A stretch of DNA of 64,000 nucleotides, taken from NCBI GenBank assembly GCA_020348445.1, contig CP070751.1, positions 2,412,927 to 2,476,926 on the forward strand. Direction: 5' to 3'. Every line of letters begins with the position of its first letter. The stretch's first letter is position 1. Below are positions 7,789 to 16,885 of the stretch, in pieces. Below the pieces are notes generated by a model. The model did no database searches, was not told the DNA's origin, and was given only the letters and a program-made list of their open reading frames with translations. The stretch comes from Thermoplasmata archaeon. GTDB lineage: Archaea; Thermoplasmatota; Thermoplasmata; GCA-020350865. Position numbers and translations under genes: made by a program.

Positions 7789-10083
7789 ATGAGGCCAAGA
7801 GCAAGAAAAGAAAGAGTGGGCAGTAAATTGACTGCGTTAATGATCGTCATAGCAATATTTTCATCAATTAATTTTGTATTAGAATGTTCCATTAATGTGA
7901 AATCAGATACAGCATGGACCGATTCGGTAAAATTGAGCAACCTAGGTATAGACTGTAAGGAGCCGAAAGTGGCTGTCGAAGGAAATAATGTTCATGTGGT
8001 ATGGACAGATGATGATGGTGGTAACATCTATTACAGAAGAAGCACAGATAATGGATGGACCTGGGATTCTGAAACAATCCTCGGAAATGGTTCAAATCCA
8101 AAAATAGCGGTTTATGGAAATAATGTACATGTTTTATGGAGCGAAAGCTACAGAAAGAGCGACGATAATGGTACCACTTGGAATACCCCGATTGATATGT
8201 TTTCTGGATTGTATAAAACTGTTTGTTATGATCTGGCAGCTTATGGAAATAACGTTTATGTGGTTGCAGTTGAACATATAGATTATTCCCCGTACGACCC
8301 CCCCTATGATGATTATGATTTGGTTCAATTCAATAAAAGTTCCACAAACGGAGATTCATGGGGATCATGGGTCACAATTGATGGACCCAATAGGGATGAG
8401 CTTATGGAAATTGCTATGGCAGCTAAAAACAGCAACATACACATTGTCTATGGTTTTAGTCCATATGATCACGGTGCTTTAATACGATGGTTCAATCATA
8501 CATACAGCACCTCAGGAGGATCATCCTGGTCGCACCCTGATTTTATCAACACGGGTGGGATGGAAAAAGTAGGGCTCTCTTTAACCTATAATTCAAATGC
8601 GGTTTCAATGGCCTGGTGTGAAGCGGCAGCTATGGAATATATATATAAAATCTGGGGCGGGGGTTGGAGCTCCAATACTTTTGTTGCATCAGGATACGGG
8701 TTCACAGCATCATCACAAAATTATATCCTATATTGCTCTGTTTCATATAATGATCCCTCAACGATTTACAGTAACGTTGATGGAATTTTAACTGTTTCAC
8801 AAGGGCATGATGGATGGCGAGAATATTATGATGTATATGTGGAAAATCAGGATGTCCATTTCGTTTATATCCATAATTATGATGTTTACTATATGCACAA
8901 GGCCAACTGGCCAGAATTGCAAATCACCTCTTCAAATATCGAATTCGATCCTCCATCACCCATTGAGAACGGCACTTCTGTTACCATAAACACCACCGTA
9001 AGCAATACAGGTTCATCGACTCAAAATGTGGATGTAAAATTCTATAATGGTAATCCAGATTTAAATGGAGATTATATTCCGGATGTTACTGCAAACATGA
9101 TAGGCAACGATACAGTGGATGTTGATGAAGGGCTCTCATCCGTTGCCTCAATTAACTGGATTCCGCCATTAGAAGGTATCTATGAGATTTATGTTTGGGT
9201 AGATCCTGATAACCTTGTATACGAAGTCGATGATGCAAATAATCTGGCTTCAAATACCATTGTCGTAGAAATCCCTTCCCCTTCTCCGCCTTTGGATCTA
9301 ACAGCGCGATTATCCCCAGGCTCAAAAGAAAATGTAGAGCTTATCTGGAATGCCTCTGTAGATGACGGAAGCGGAGAGGATGATGTGGAAGGGTACACTG
9401 TATATAAATCAAGCACAGGTGCAGATGGAAGCTATGAGTTTGCAGCTTGGGTTTTAGCTTCTGGCTCTCCCTTTTATTCATGGTTAGATATTGGTGCAGG
9501 AGATGGAGATTTAAGTGATTATTTCTATGTCGTCAGAGCCAACGATACCGGAGACAATGAGGAGCAAAACACGAACAAGGTAGGTAAAATGGTGAGTCAC
9601 CTTGTCAAGGGATGGAACCTGATTTCGGTACCCCTTATCCAGTCCAATACCTCAGCTGATTATGTCCTTCAAACCTTGGAACTCAACTATTCAACAATGC
9701 AGGGATATCACGCAGGCAAATCAAGACCCTGGCTTCACTGGCACAGGGGTAAACCCAACTACTTCAATGATGAAATTGAAATTTACCATGAGAATGGATA
9801 TTACATCGATATGGTGAATTCTGATTACCTGGTGGTCACAGGTAGAGTACCTATAAACTCGCAGATACAGCTTAAAGCTGGATGGAACCTGGTAGGCTAT
9901 CCATCTCCAACAACTAGAACAAGGGATGATGCATTATCTTCGATTTCTGGATCGTACAACAAGGTAGAATTCTTCAGCACTATTAAGGGTAAAGAGGAAG
10001 CCGTATGGCCTCTTGATGACATGAATCCGAAATTAGGATATTGGGTTCACGTGACAGCAGATTGTATGTGGGCGGTACAATGA
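7789..10083 (+). CDS. Exported BNR/Asp-box beta-propeller protein with CARDB, Fn3-like and GWNL C-terminal domains
   Basis: Signal peptide; RRSTDNGWTW, RKSDDNGTTW, YSTSGGSSW Asp-boxes; CARDB (VWVDPDNLVYEVDDANNLA); tail KGWNLISVP...GWNLVGYP...GYWVH; no C-terminal TM. Confidence 0.85.
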   Translation: MRPRARKERVGSKLTALMIVIAIFSSINFVLECSINVKSDTAWTDSVKLSNLGIDCKEPKVAVEGNNVHVVWTDDDGGNIYYRRSTDNGWTWDSETILGNGSNPKIAVYGNNVHVLWSESYRKSDDNGTTWNTPIDMFSGLYKTVCYDLAAYGNNVYVVAVEHIDYSPYDPPYDDYDLVQFNKSSTNGDSWGSWVTIDGPNRDELMEIAMAAKNSNIHIVYGFSPYDHGALIRWFNHTYSTSGGSSWSHPDFINTGGMEKVGLSLTYNSNAVSMAWCEAAAMEYIYKIWGGGWSSNTFVASGYGFTASSQNYILYCSVSYNDPSTIYSNVDGILTVSQGHDGWREYYDVYVENQDVHFVYIHNYDVYYMHKANWPELQITSSNIEFDPPSPIENGTSVTINTTVSNTGSSTQNVDVKFYNGNPDLNGDYIPDVTANMIGNDTVDVDEGLSSVASINWIPPLEGIYEIYVWVDPDNLVYEVDDANNLASNTIVVEIPSPSPPLDLTARLSPGSKENVELIWNASVDDGSGEDDVEGYTVYKSSTGADGSYEFAAWVLASGSPFYSWLDIGAGDGDLSDYFYVVRANDTGDNEEQNTNKVGKMVSHLVKGWNLISVPLIQSNTSADYVLQTLELNYSTMQGYHAGKSRPWLHWHRGKPNYFNDEIEIYHENGYYIDMVNSDYLVVTGRVPINSQIQLKAGWNLVGYPSPTTRTRDDALSSISGSYNKVEFFSTIKGKEEAVWPLDDMNPKLGYWVHVTADCMWAVQ
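9580..10080 (+). repeat. GWNL C-terminal domain, dispersed repeat with 7 copies
   Basis: Other copies at about 11975-12485, 13900-14407, 31910-32416, 44315-44820, 46540-47048 and 56700-57218; shared GWN[LM][IV]S[VL]P..PW.H..KP..G[YI][YW][IV]..GWN[LM].G[YF]P..Y[WY][IV]H. Confidence 0.9.
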
Positions 10084-12485
10084 CAATAAATAAAGTAATT
10101 TCACTGGGATTGTGCATGATGATGGTATTGGGTCTGTTTGCAACCAGTTTTCTATTGACTCAAAATCCAGTTGATATCAGATCAAGTACGGGACAAAAAG
10201 TGAACAGCGAATATCCAGAAAAAGAACCTCTTGACAGGGGTACAAGGGCTCCACCTGGATGGATGAATGAGATCAGATTGACCAATTCTATTGACAACAG
10301 CACGACACCTGAAGTTGCTGTTTGGGGAAGCAATGTTCACGTCGTTTGGAGCGATGACCGAGACGGAAACTACGAGATTTTTTACAAAAGGAGCACTGAT
10401 AACGGACTGAGTTGGGGTACGGAAACCCAAATCACCTTTACAACCATTTCCCAAGAATTGCCGAAAATAGGAGTTTACGGAAATACAATCCATATTGTAT
10501 GGCATGACTATATGAATGGTACCGTCTCTTATATCAACAGCACAGACAACGGGGATTCTTGGGGAACAATAACCATGTGGGACTGGACATCATATCCTCC
10601 ATGCGCTATGTTCGATCCATTATTATGCCCTGATGTGGCGGTAGACGAAAACAATGTTTACATTATAGCATATGTACTTGGACCTGAGGATTTGATATTT
10701 AAACGCAGCAACAATTCTGGAGGTTCATGGTCCAATTGGATATTGGTCTCTGATTTTGGCTGGTATTGGTCCAGCCCAACCATTGAAACCGATGGAAGCC
10801 TGATACATGTAGTGTACGATATCACCATAGGAAGCCCAGATTCGTTGTATCATTTTTTCAGCGATGATGGTGGTGATACATGGTGGGACGATATTTTCAA
10901 TCCTTTTGTTGATCATAATGAGGTTTATGAAAATCTTGTATCATTTGAGACATCCATGGATGGAGATTATTTTAGGGTTGCCTATTCAATGTGGAACGCA
11001 ACCTTGGCAACTATCAAAGTGCGAACAATGTACTGGAGTTATTCACCAATCGAGTTTTGGTACGGCCCTTACGAGGTAGGTAATAATAGTGAGGGAGATA
11101 TAGACGTAGAAAAAGACCATATTGTGTGGAACGGAGAAGATACAAACAACTACACCCAGGTATTTTCAAGTAAATACGGCCAGGCAACTGATTACCCCAG
11201 CGACTCTTCAATGCCCACCATCGCCATCTCAGGTGATTTAGTCCATATCGTATGGGTTGATCCAAGAGATGGGAACAATGAACTCTATTACTCACAAAGA
11301 GGATTATTGGCGGATTTAATCCTATCCAATTCTGACATCCAGTTCGACCCTCCAAGTCCAGTTGAAGAAGGCATGGAGGTTTTTATCAACGCAACTGTGT
11401 TTTGTAGCGGTAAATCTGCATCGAGCGTTGAGGTGAAATTCTACAATGGAAACCCTGATTTGAATGGAGACCTAATTCCTGATGTCACAGCTGATGTCAT
11501 CGGCAGCGACACCATAAATATAAATGCTGATGCTTCTGCCATTGCATCCTTAAAATGGACTCCGCCTTCTGATGGAACTTATGATATCTTTGTCTGGGTT
11601 GATCCTGATAACCTGACAGAGGAATTGGATGAATCCAACAACATTGGATTTAATACATTGGAGGTTTTTTCCCTTCCCCCAACTCCACCTCTTAATCTTG
11701 GTGCTGAGATATCGCCTGGTGCTCTGGATGATGTGGAGCTTTCTTGGGATGCATCATCTGATGATGGTTCTGGGGAAGACGATGTAGTGGGCTATTCTGT
11801 ATACAAATCAAGCACAGGAGTGAGCGGAACCTACGAGTTTGAAGCCTGGATTTTAGCCACAGACTCTACTTCATATAGTTGGATTGATAGTGGTGCAGGA
11901 GATGGGGACCTAAATGATTATTTCTACATCGTCAGGGCAAATGACACTTTAAACAACGAGGAGCAGAACACAGATAAAGTAGGCAAGATGGTGAATTCCC
12001 TTGTTTTGGGATGGAACATGATTTCCGTTCCCCTTATCCAGTCCAATACCTCAGCCGAGGGTGTCCTTCAAACCCTTGAGCTCAACTATGCTACAATACA
12101 AGGATACCATTCAGGTAAATCAAGACCTTGGCTTCACTGGCACAGGGACAAGCCAAACTATTTCAATGATGAAATCGATATCATCCACGAAAGGGGATAC
12201 TACATCGATATGGTGAATCCAGATTATCTTGTTGTGGCAGGGAAGGTGCCCACAAATACACAAATATCTCTTAAAGCAGGGTGGAACCTGGTTGGCTATC
12301 CGTCTCCAACAACAAGAACAAGTGATGATGCATTATCTTCGATTTCCGGATCTTATAATAAGGTAGAATTCTATGACACATATAAGGGTAAAGAGGGAGC
12401 CCTGGGACCTCTTGATGACATGTACCCGAATTTGGGGTACTGGGTTCATGCAATGGAGGATTGTGTATGGGAACTGCTGATTTAA
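10080..12485 (+). CDS. Exported BNR/Asp-box beta-propeller protein with CARDB, Fn3-like and GWNL domains
   Basis: ATGA overlap with the upstream stop gives start 10080 (MTINK); KRSTDNGLSW, NSTDNGDSW, FSDDGGDTW; the tail is nearly identical to those of its neighbours. Confidence 0.85.
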   Translation: MTINKVISLGLCMMMVLGLFATSFLLTQNPVDIRSSTGQKVNSEYPEKEPLDRGTRAPPGWMNEIRLTNSIDNSTTPEVAVWGSNVHVVWSDDRDGNYEIFYKRSTDNGLSWGTETQITFTTISQELPKIGVYGNTIHIVWHDYMNGTVSYINSTDNGDSWGTITMWDWTSYPPCAMFDPLLCPDVAVDENNVYIIAYVLGPEDLIFKRSNNSGGSWSNWILVSDFGWYWSSPTIETDGSLIHVVYDITIGSPDSLYHFFSDDGGDTWWDDIFNPFVDHNEVYENLVSFETSMDGDYFRVAYSMWNATLATIKVRTMYWSYSPIEFWYGPYEVGNNSEGDIDVEKDHIVWNGEDTNNYTQVFSSKYGQATDYPSDSSMPTIAISGDLVHIVWVDPRDGNNELYYSQRGLLADLILSNSDIQFDPPSPVEEGMEVFINATVFCSGKSASSVEVKFYNGNPDLNGDLIPDVTADVIGSDTININADASAIASLKWTPPSDGTYDIFVWVDPDNLTEELDESNNIGFNTLEVFSLPPTPPLNLGAEISPGALDDVELSWDASSDDGSGEDDVVGYSVYKSSTGVSGTYEFEAWILATDSTSYSWIDSGAGDGDLNDYFYIVRANDTLNNEEQNTDKVGKMVNSLVLGWNMISVPLIQSNTSAEGVLQTLELNYATIQGYHSGKSRPWLHWHRDKPNYFNDEIDIIHERGYYIDMVNPDYLVVAGKVPTNTQISLKAGWNLVGYPSPTTRTSDDALSSISGSYNKVEFYDTYKGKEGALGPLDDMYPNLGYWVHAMEDCVWELLI

Positions 12486-14407
12486 GGAGAAAGATAAAGT
12501 CTATACTAATATGCTTACTCCTTATAGGAGCCCTATTTATCGCCTTAGATGAAAGCTTCGAGGTTGCTTTGAGGGTAGAGGGAGAGGATTGGTCTGATGG
12601 CATGAGGTTGAGTGAGTGGGGAAATGGATCAGTTGAACCCAGTATCGTTTCTTATGAAAATAACGTGCATGTTGTTTGGGCAGACAACAAAACTGGAAAT
12701 TTCGAGATATATTACAGAAGGAGCCTCGACAATGGGGCGACCTGGGAGAGCGAAATGAGATTGACCTATACATCCGAAAATCAAACAAATCCGAGAATCG
12801 CGGTTTGGGAAAATAATGTGCATGTTGTATGGAATAAGGGATACGTTAACAGCACAGATAATGGTGTTTCTTGGGGAATCCCATTCAATCCGTTCCCAGC
12901 CGAGAATATTACAGCTGTTCCTGATGTATGTATCTACCAAGACAACGTATATTTTGTTGTTGCCAACTACACATATCATTGGATTGTCCAACCCTCCTCA
13001 GGAACTTACTGGACCTATGTTTTATTCAAAGAACTTACCTGGCCTGACTGGGTAATTATTGAATACGACAACGGTAGCTTCATGGATATGTTTGTTCCCG
13101 AGGTGGCCATGGCTTTGAAAAACCAAGAGATACATATTATCTATGGATTAACTTGGAAATCATTTATACGACAGATATATCATTCATACAGTTTATCTGC
13201 TGGTGTTCCTGGGAGTTGGAGCAGCCCTGAGCTTGTTGTCGATGGACTGGAAAAGCTTGGAATATCCATGGCATTTGATCAAGATCTTTTAAGAATTGCT
13301 TGGAGTGAATGGGTAGGTGATAGTGCAAATAATATCTCAATGGGGACAAATACGAAGTCATGGAATGGTACATGGTCTGATCATGAGTACGTTGGAGGGG
13401 CGTACGGGATGACGGCTGTATCGGGATATTACATCACCTGGGGTGAAGCAGATTATGGGGACCTGGGGAGCAATATTGATGGCATAATCCTTGTTTCATC
13501 AGGACACCCGTACTTCAATTGGCATGATGTTTATCTTGAAAATGATACAGTTCATTTGGTATATATCGATGCCTGGGAGATTTATTACATGCAAAAAAAT
13601 GCCACAGAGCCTCCTTCTCCACCTACGAATTTAAATGCTTTTGTTGAAGGAAACAATATAAAACTTTCCTGGAACGCCTCCTCAGATGATGGCTTCGGGA
13701 ATGATGATGTTTTGGGTTATACTGTATATAAATCAAGTACAGGTGTAAGTGGTAATTATGAGTTTACAGATTGGATTTTAGCCACTGACTCAGCCTCGTA
13801 TAGTTGGATTGATAGTGGTGCAGGAGATGGGGACATAAACGATTATTTCTACATCGTCAGGGCAAATGATACCACAAACAACGAAGAGCAAAATACGAAT
13901 AAGGTGGGCAAGATGGTGAATTCCCTTGGGCGGGGATGGAACATGATTTCGGTTCCCCTTATTCAGTCCAATTCCTCAGCCGAGCATGTCCTTCAAACCC
14001 TGCAGCTCAACTATGCTACAATACAAGGATATCACGCAGGTAAATCAAGACCCTGGCTTCACTGGCACAGGGACAAACCAAACTATTTCAATGATGAAAT
14101 CGAGATCACCCACGAGTGGGGATACTATATCGACATGGTGAATCCAGATTATCTTGTTGTGGCAGGGAAGGTACCCGCAAGTACCCAAATATCTCTTAAA
14201 GTAGGGTGGAACCTGGTTGGCTATCCATCTCCAATAATTAGGACAAGAGATGATGCATTATCTTCGATTTCCGGATCGTATAATAAGGTAGAATTCTTTG
14301 ACACAAGTAAGGGTAAAGAAGTGGCTGTTGAATCTCTTGATGATATGAATCCAAATTTGGGATACTGGATTCATGTGACTGATGATTGTGTGTGGGATGT
14401 CCCCTAA
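12467..14407 (+). CDS. Exported BNR/Asp-box beta-propeller protein with Fn3-like and GWNL domains (no CARDB)
   Basis: GGAGG RBS precedes ATG 12467; RRSLDNGATW, NSTDNGVSW; the head is paralogous to the 7789 protein. Confidence 0.85.
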   Translation: MGTADLRRKIKSILICLLLIGALFIALDESFEVALRVEGEDWSDGMRLSEWGNGSVEPSIVSYENNVHVVWADNKTGNFEIYYRRSLDNGATWESEMRLTYTSENQTNPRIAVWENNVHVVWNKGYVNSTDNGVSWGIPFNPFPAENITAVPDVCIYQDNVYFVVANYTYHWIVQPSSGTYWTYVLFKELTWPDWVIIEYDNGSFMDMFVPEVAMALKNQEIHIIYGLTWKSFIRQIYHSYSLSAGVPGSWSSPELVVDGLEKLGISMAFDQDLLRIAWSEWVGDSANNISMGTNTKSWNGTWSDHEYVGGAYGMTAVSGYYITWGEADYGDLGSNIDGIILVSSGHPYFNWHDVYLENDTVHLVYIDAWEIYYMQKNATEPPSPPTNLNAFVEGNNIKLSWNASSDDGFGNDDVLGYTVYKSSTGVSGNYEFTDWILATDSASYSWIDSGAGDGDINDYFYIVRANDTTNNEEQNTNKVGKMVNSLGRGWNMISVPLIQSNSSAEHVLQTLQLNYATIQGYHAGKSRPWLHWHRDKPNYFNDEIEITHEWGYYIDMVNPDYLVVAGKVPASTQISLKVGWNLVGYPSPIIRTRDDALSSISGSYNKVEFFDTSKGKEVAVESLDDMNPNLGYWIHVTDDCVWDVP

Positions 14408-14414
14408 ATAATTC

Positions 14415-15050
14415 TCATGTCAATCCATTGATCAAGTAAAAAATTCCCACCATGATCAGGACCATACCGCAGATATCTCTCAGCTTTTGAATTCCTATTT
14501 TCTTTCTCCATCTTCCCCCCACTTCTCCTGAGACTGTTCCCGCGGCTATGATTGCAAAGGAGCTTCCTATCCAAAATGTGAAAACAGACAGAAACATTGT
14601 TAGCATGTCCCTGGTCAATGTGGCCCTTACCAATGCTATCCACAACAAGGGACAAAAGAACGAACCAATTAAAAGTCCCAATATCACGGAGAACATTGGT
14701 CTGAAGTTCTCAGCCAATTTGGCTGGACACCATCTAGGTTTTGGAAGGCTGAACACGATCCACGCGCCGTATATTATCACCAAGCAACCCAAAATCACAA
14801 CTGCAAATTGTAAAAACGTTGAAGGACTCCTTTCAGTTAAAGCAGAGCCTATCATAAAGACAACAAGACCTATAGCTAGATATATCATAAGTCTACCCAT
14901 GGAGAAGAATATTGATGTAAAAAAACCTTCTCTTCGGGTTTTGTCCTTCTCCATTATGTAGGGAACCAGTATGGGGATACACAGCCCAAGACAGCTTATG
15001 CTGGCAACCAATCCAAAAACAAATGAGGTTCCTATGATGCTCCAATCCAT
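14415..15050 (-). CDS. DsbD_2/TauE-SafE-like (CcdA/UreH-type) 6-TM membrane protein, copy A
   Basis: SCLGLCIP (TM1), FSMGRLMIYLAIG, GLLIGSFFCPLL (TM4 Cys-Pro); divergently transcribed from the activator pair. Confidence 0.75.
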   Translation of the reverse strand: MDWSIIGTSFVFGLVASISCLGLCIPILVPYIMEKDKTRREGFFTSIFFSMGRLMIYLAIGLVVFMIGSALTERSPSTFLQFAVVILGCLVIIYGAWIVFSLPKPRWCPAKLAENFRPMFSVILGLLIGSFFCPLLWIALVRATLTRDMLTMFLSVFTFWIGSSFAIIAAGTVSGEVGGRWRKKIGIQKLRDICGMVLIMVGIFYLINGLT

Positions 15051-15243
15051 GTAATCGGATTAGCCAATAGGATTATTAAAACTTTGGGCCAACGTAAAAG
15101 CCAAACAAGTGCAGTGTACCGGTTTTTAAAAGAATTGATAAATAAAGTTAAATACCATATTCGTACATTCAGCGAAATGGAGCCAGGTAATCATAAAGAC
15201 AGAAGATGGGGCTCTAAAAAACCATGGGGGAGATCCCATTATA

Positions 15244-16014
15244 GTGGCTGGTTTGGATGTAGGGGCCATCACAATAAAGAGCGTGATCATGAAGGACGAC
15301 AAAATAGTTGGCTACAATCTTGCAAACACGGGTATGAGACCGGGAGAGGAGTCCAAGGGTCTTTTGGAAAAGAATCTTAATAAGCGCGGCCTTAATCTGG
15401 AAGACGTAAATTCGATAATTGCAACAGGTCACGGCAGACATTCTCTAGACTTTACAGAAATCAAAAAATCCGAAATCACATGCATTGCAAAGGGTGCTAA
15501 GAGACTGAATGACAAAAGCAGGATGGTGGTGGACATCGGGGGACAGGGTATCAGGGTCATCGAGCTAGACGAAAAAGGCGATGTGTCCAACTTCCTAACA
15601 AATGACAAATGCTCGGCAGGAACAGGATGTTTCCTTGATATGATGTCCTATGCCCTTCAGGTTGATTTGGATAAAATGGGCGAGCTCTCTCTAAATGCCT
15701 GTGAACCTAAGAAGCTTTCAACAACATGCAGCATATTTGCTGAGTCTGAGGTGGTCTCCCTTGTGGCCAGAGGCATGAAGAAGGAGGACATATTGGCAGG
15801 ACTCCACGATTCAGTTGCCAGGAAGGTTACAGGACTTGTCAAAACATTGGGTGTAAAAGGAGAGATCTTCTTGGCAGGTGGTGTTGCCAGAAATATCGGT
15901 GTGAGAAAGGCGCTGGAATCCAGATTAAATGGCAATATTTATGTTGCAAGATATCCTCAGATCGTGTGCGCATTGGGAGCTGCATTAATTGCCCAGGAGG
16001 AGGTGGGAAATTGA
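15244..16014 (+). CDS. ATP-dependent [4Fe-4S] activator/reductase, BadF/BadG/BcrA/BcrD (HgdC/DCCP-R-like), copy 1
   Basis: GLDVG, ATGHGR, SEITCIAKG, DIGGQ, NDKCSAGTG, STTCSIFAESE, GGVARN, ALGAAL. Confidence 0.92.
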   Translation: MAGLDVGAITIKSVIMKDDKIVGYNLANTGMRPGEESKGLLEKNLNKRGLNLEDVNSIIATGHGRHSLDFTEIKKSEITCIAKGAKRLNDKSRMVVDIGGQGIRVIELDEKGDVSNFLTNDKCSAGTGCFLDMMSYALQVDLDKMGELSLNACEPKKLSTTCSIFAESEVVSLVARGMKKEDILAGLHDSVARKVTGLVKTLGVKGEIFLAGGVARNIGVRKALESRLNGNIYVARYPQIVCALGAALIAQEEVGN

Positions 16015-16814
16015 CTATAACAGGGGGAGTGGATATAGGCTCCACTTATACCAAAGTCGTTGTTCTTAAGGACGACATTGTAGCAGGGTATGGAATACAA
16101 CCCACAGGAGCAAGCTCAGAAGGAGCGGCCCAGGCAGCAATGAAGGATGCCCTTGCCATGTCAGGCCTTTCCCTCGATGATATCCAATACATAGTATCAA
16201 CTGGTTACGGCAGAAGGGTAACTTCCCTCTCCAATGAAACCATTAGCGAGATTTCGGCTAATGGAAGGGGCTCCAAGTGGATAGGCGAGAAGCAGGACAT
16301 AAGGACCATCATCGACATAGGAGGGCAGGATACAAAGGTCATTGCACTGGACGATAATCTTGATATTCTCGATTTTAGAATGAACGACAAATGCGCAGCA
16401 GGAACAGGAAGGTTTTTAGAGGTTCTTGCCAACGAGCTCAAAGTCCCTTTGGATGATATGGGAGGGCTTTCTCTAAATGCTGAAAATCCCGTAGAGATAA
16501 CAACAACTTGTTTGGTTTTTGCTAAATCCGAGGTTGCCTCCCTCATCGCTAAAGGCGCAAAAAAAGAGGATATAATTGCAGGGATACACATAGCAATTGC
16601 GAGAAGGCTTATAGTGATGGCAAAGAAGGTGGGGATTAGGGAAGTTGTGTTTTTCGATGGGGGGCCCGCAAGAAATATAGGTATGAGAAAGGCCTTCGAG
16701 GACGAGCTTGGAATGAAGATATATGTAACAGAGCATCCCCAGATCGTTACAGCCACTGGGGCTGCGCTCATTGCCAAGGAAACTTTTGAGAGCAAAGGCG
16801 CGGGTTCTGCGTAG
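16011..16814 (+). CDS. ATP-dependent [4Fe-4S] activator/reductase, BadF/BadG/BcrA/BcrD, copy 2
   Basis: TTG start overlapping the upstream stop (TTGA) with GGAGGTG RBS; GVDIGSTYTK, STGYGR, DIGGQDTK, NDKCAAGTGRFL, TTCLVFAKSE. Confidence 0.92.
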   Translation: MTITGGVDIGSTYTKVVVLKDDIVAGYGIQPTGASSEGAAQAAMKDALAMSGLSLDDIQYIVSTGYGRRVTSLSNETISEISANGRGSKWIGEKQDIRTIIDIGGQDTKVIALDDNLDILDFRMNDKCAAGTGRFLEVLANELKVPLDDMGGLSLNAENPVEITTTCLVFAKSEVASLIAKGAKKEDIIAGIHIAIARRLIVMAKKVGIREVVFFDGGPARNIGMRKAFEDELGMKIYVTEHPQIVTATGAALIAKETFESKGAGSA

Positions 16815-16885
16815 AGAAAGAGGACTTCCAAAATATCAGTTAACACCGTGCATTTTCTACAAATTTTTTTCAAGGAGGAAAATTA

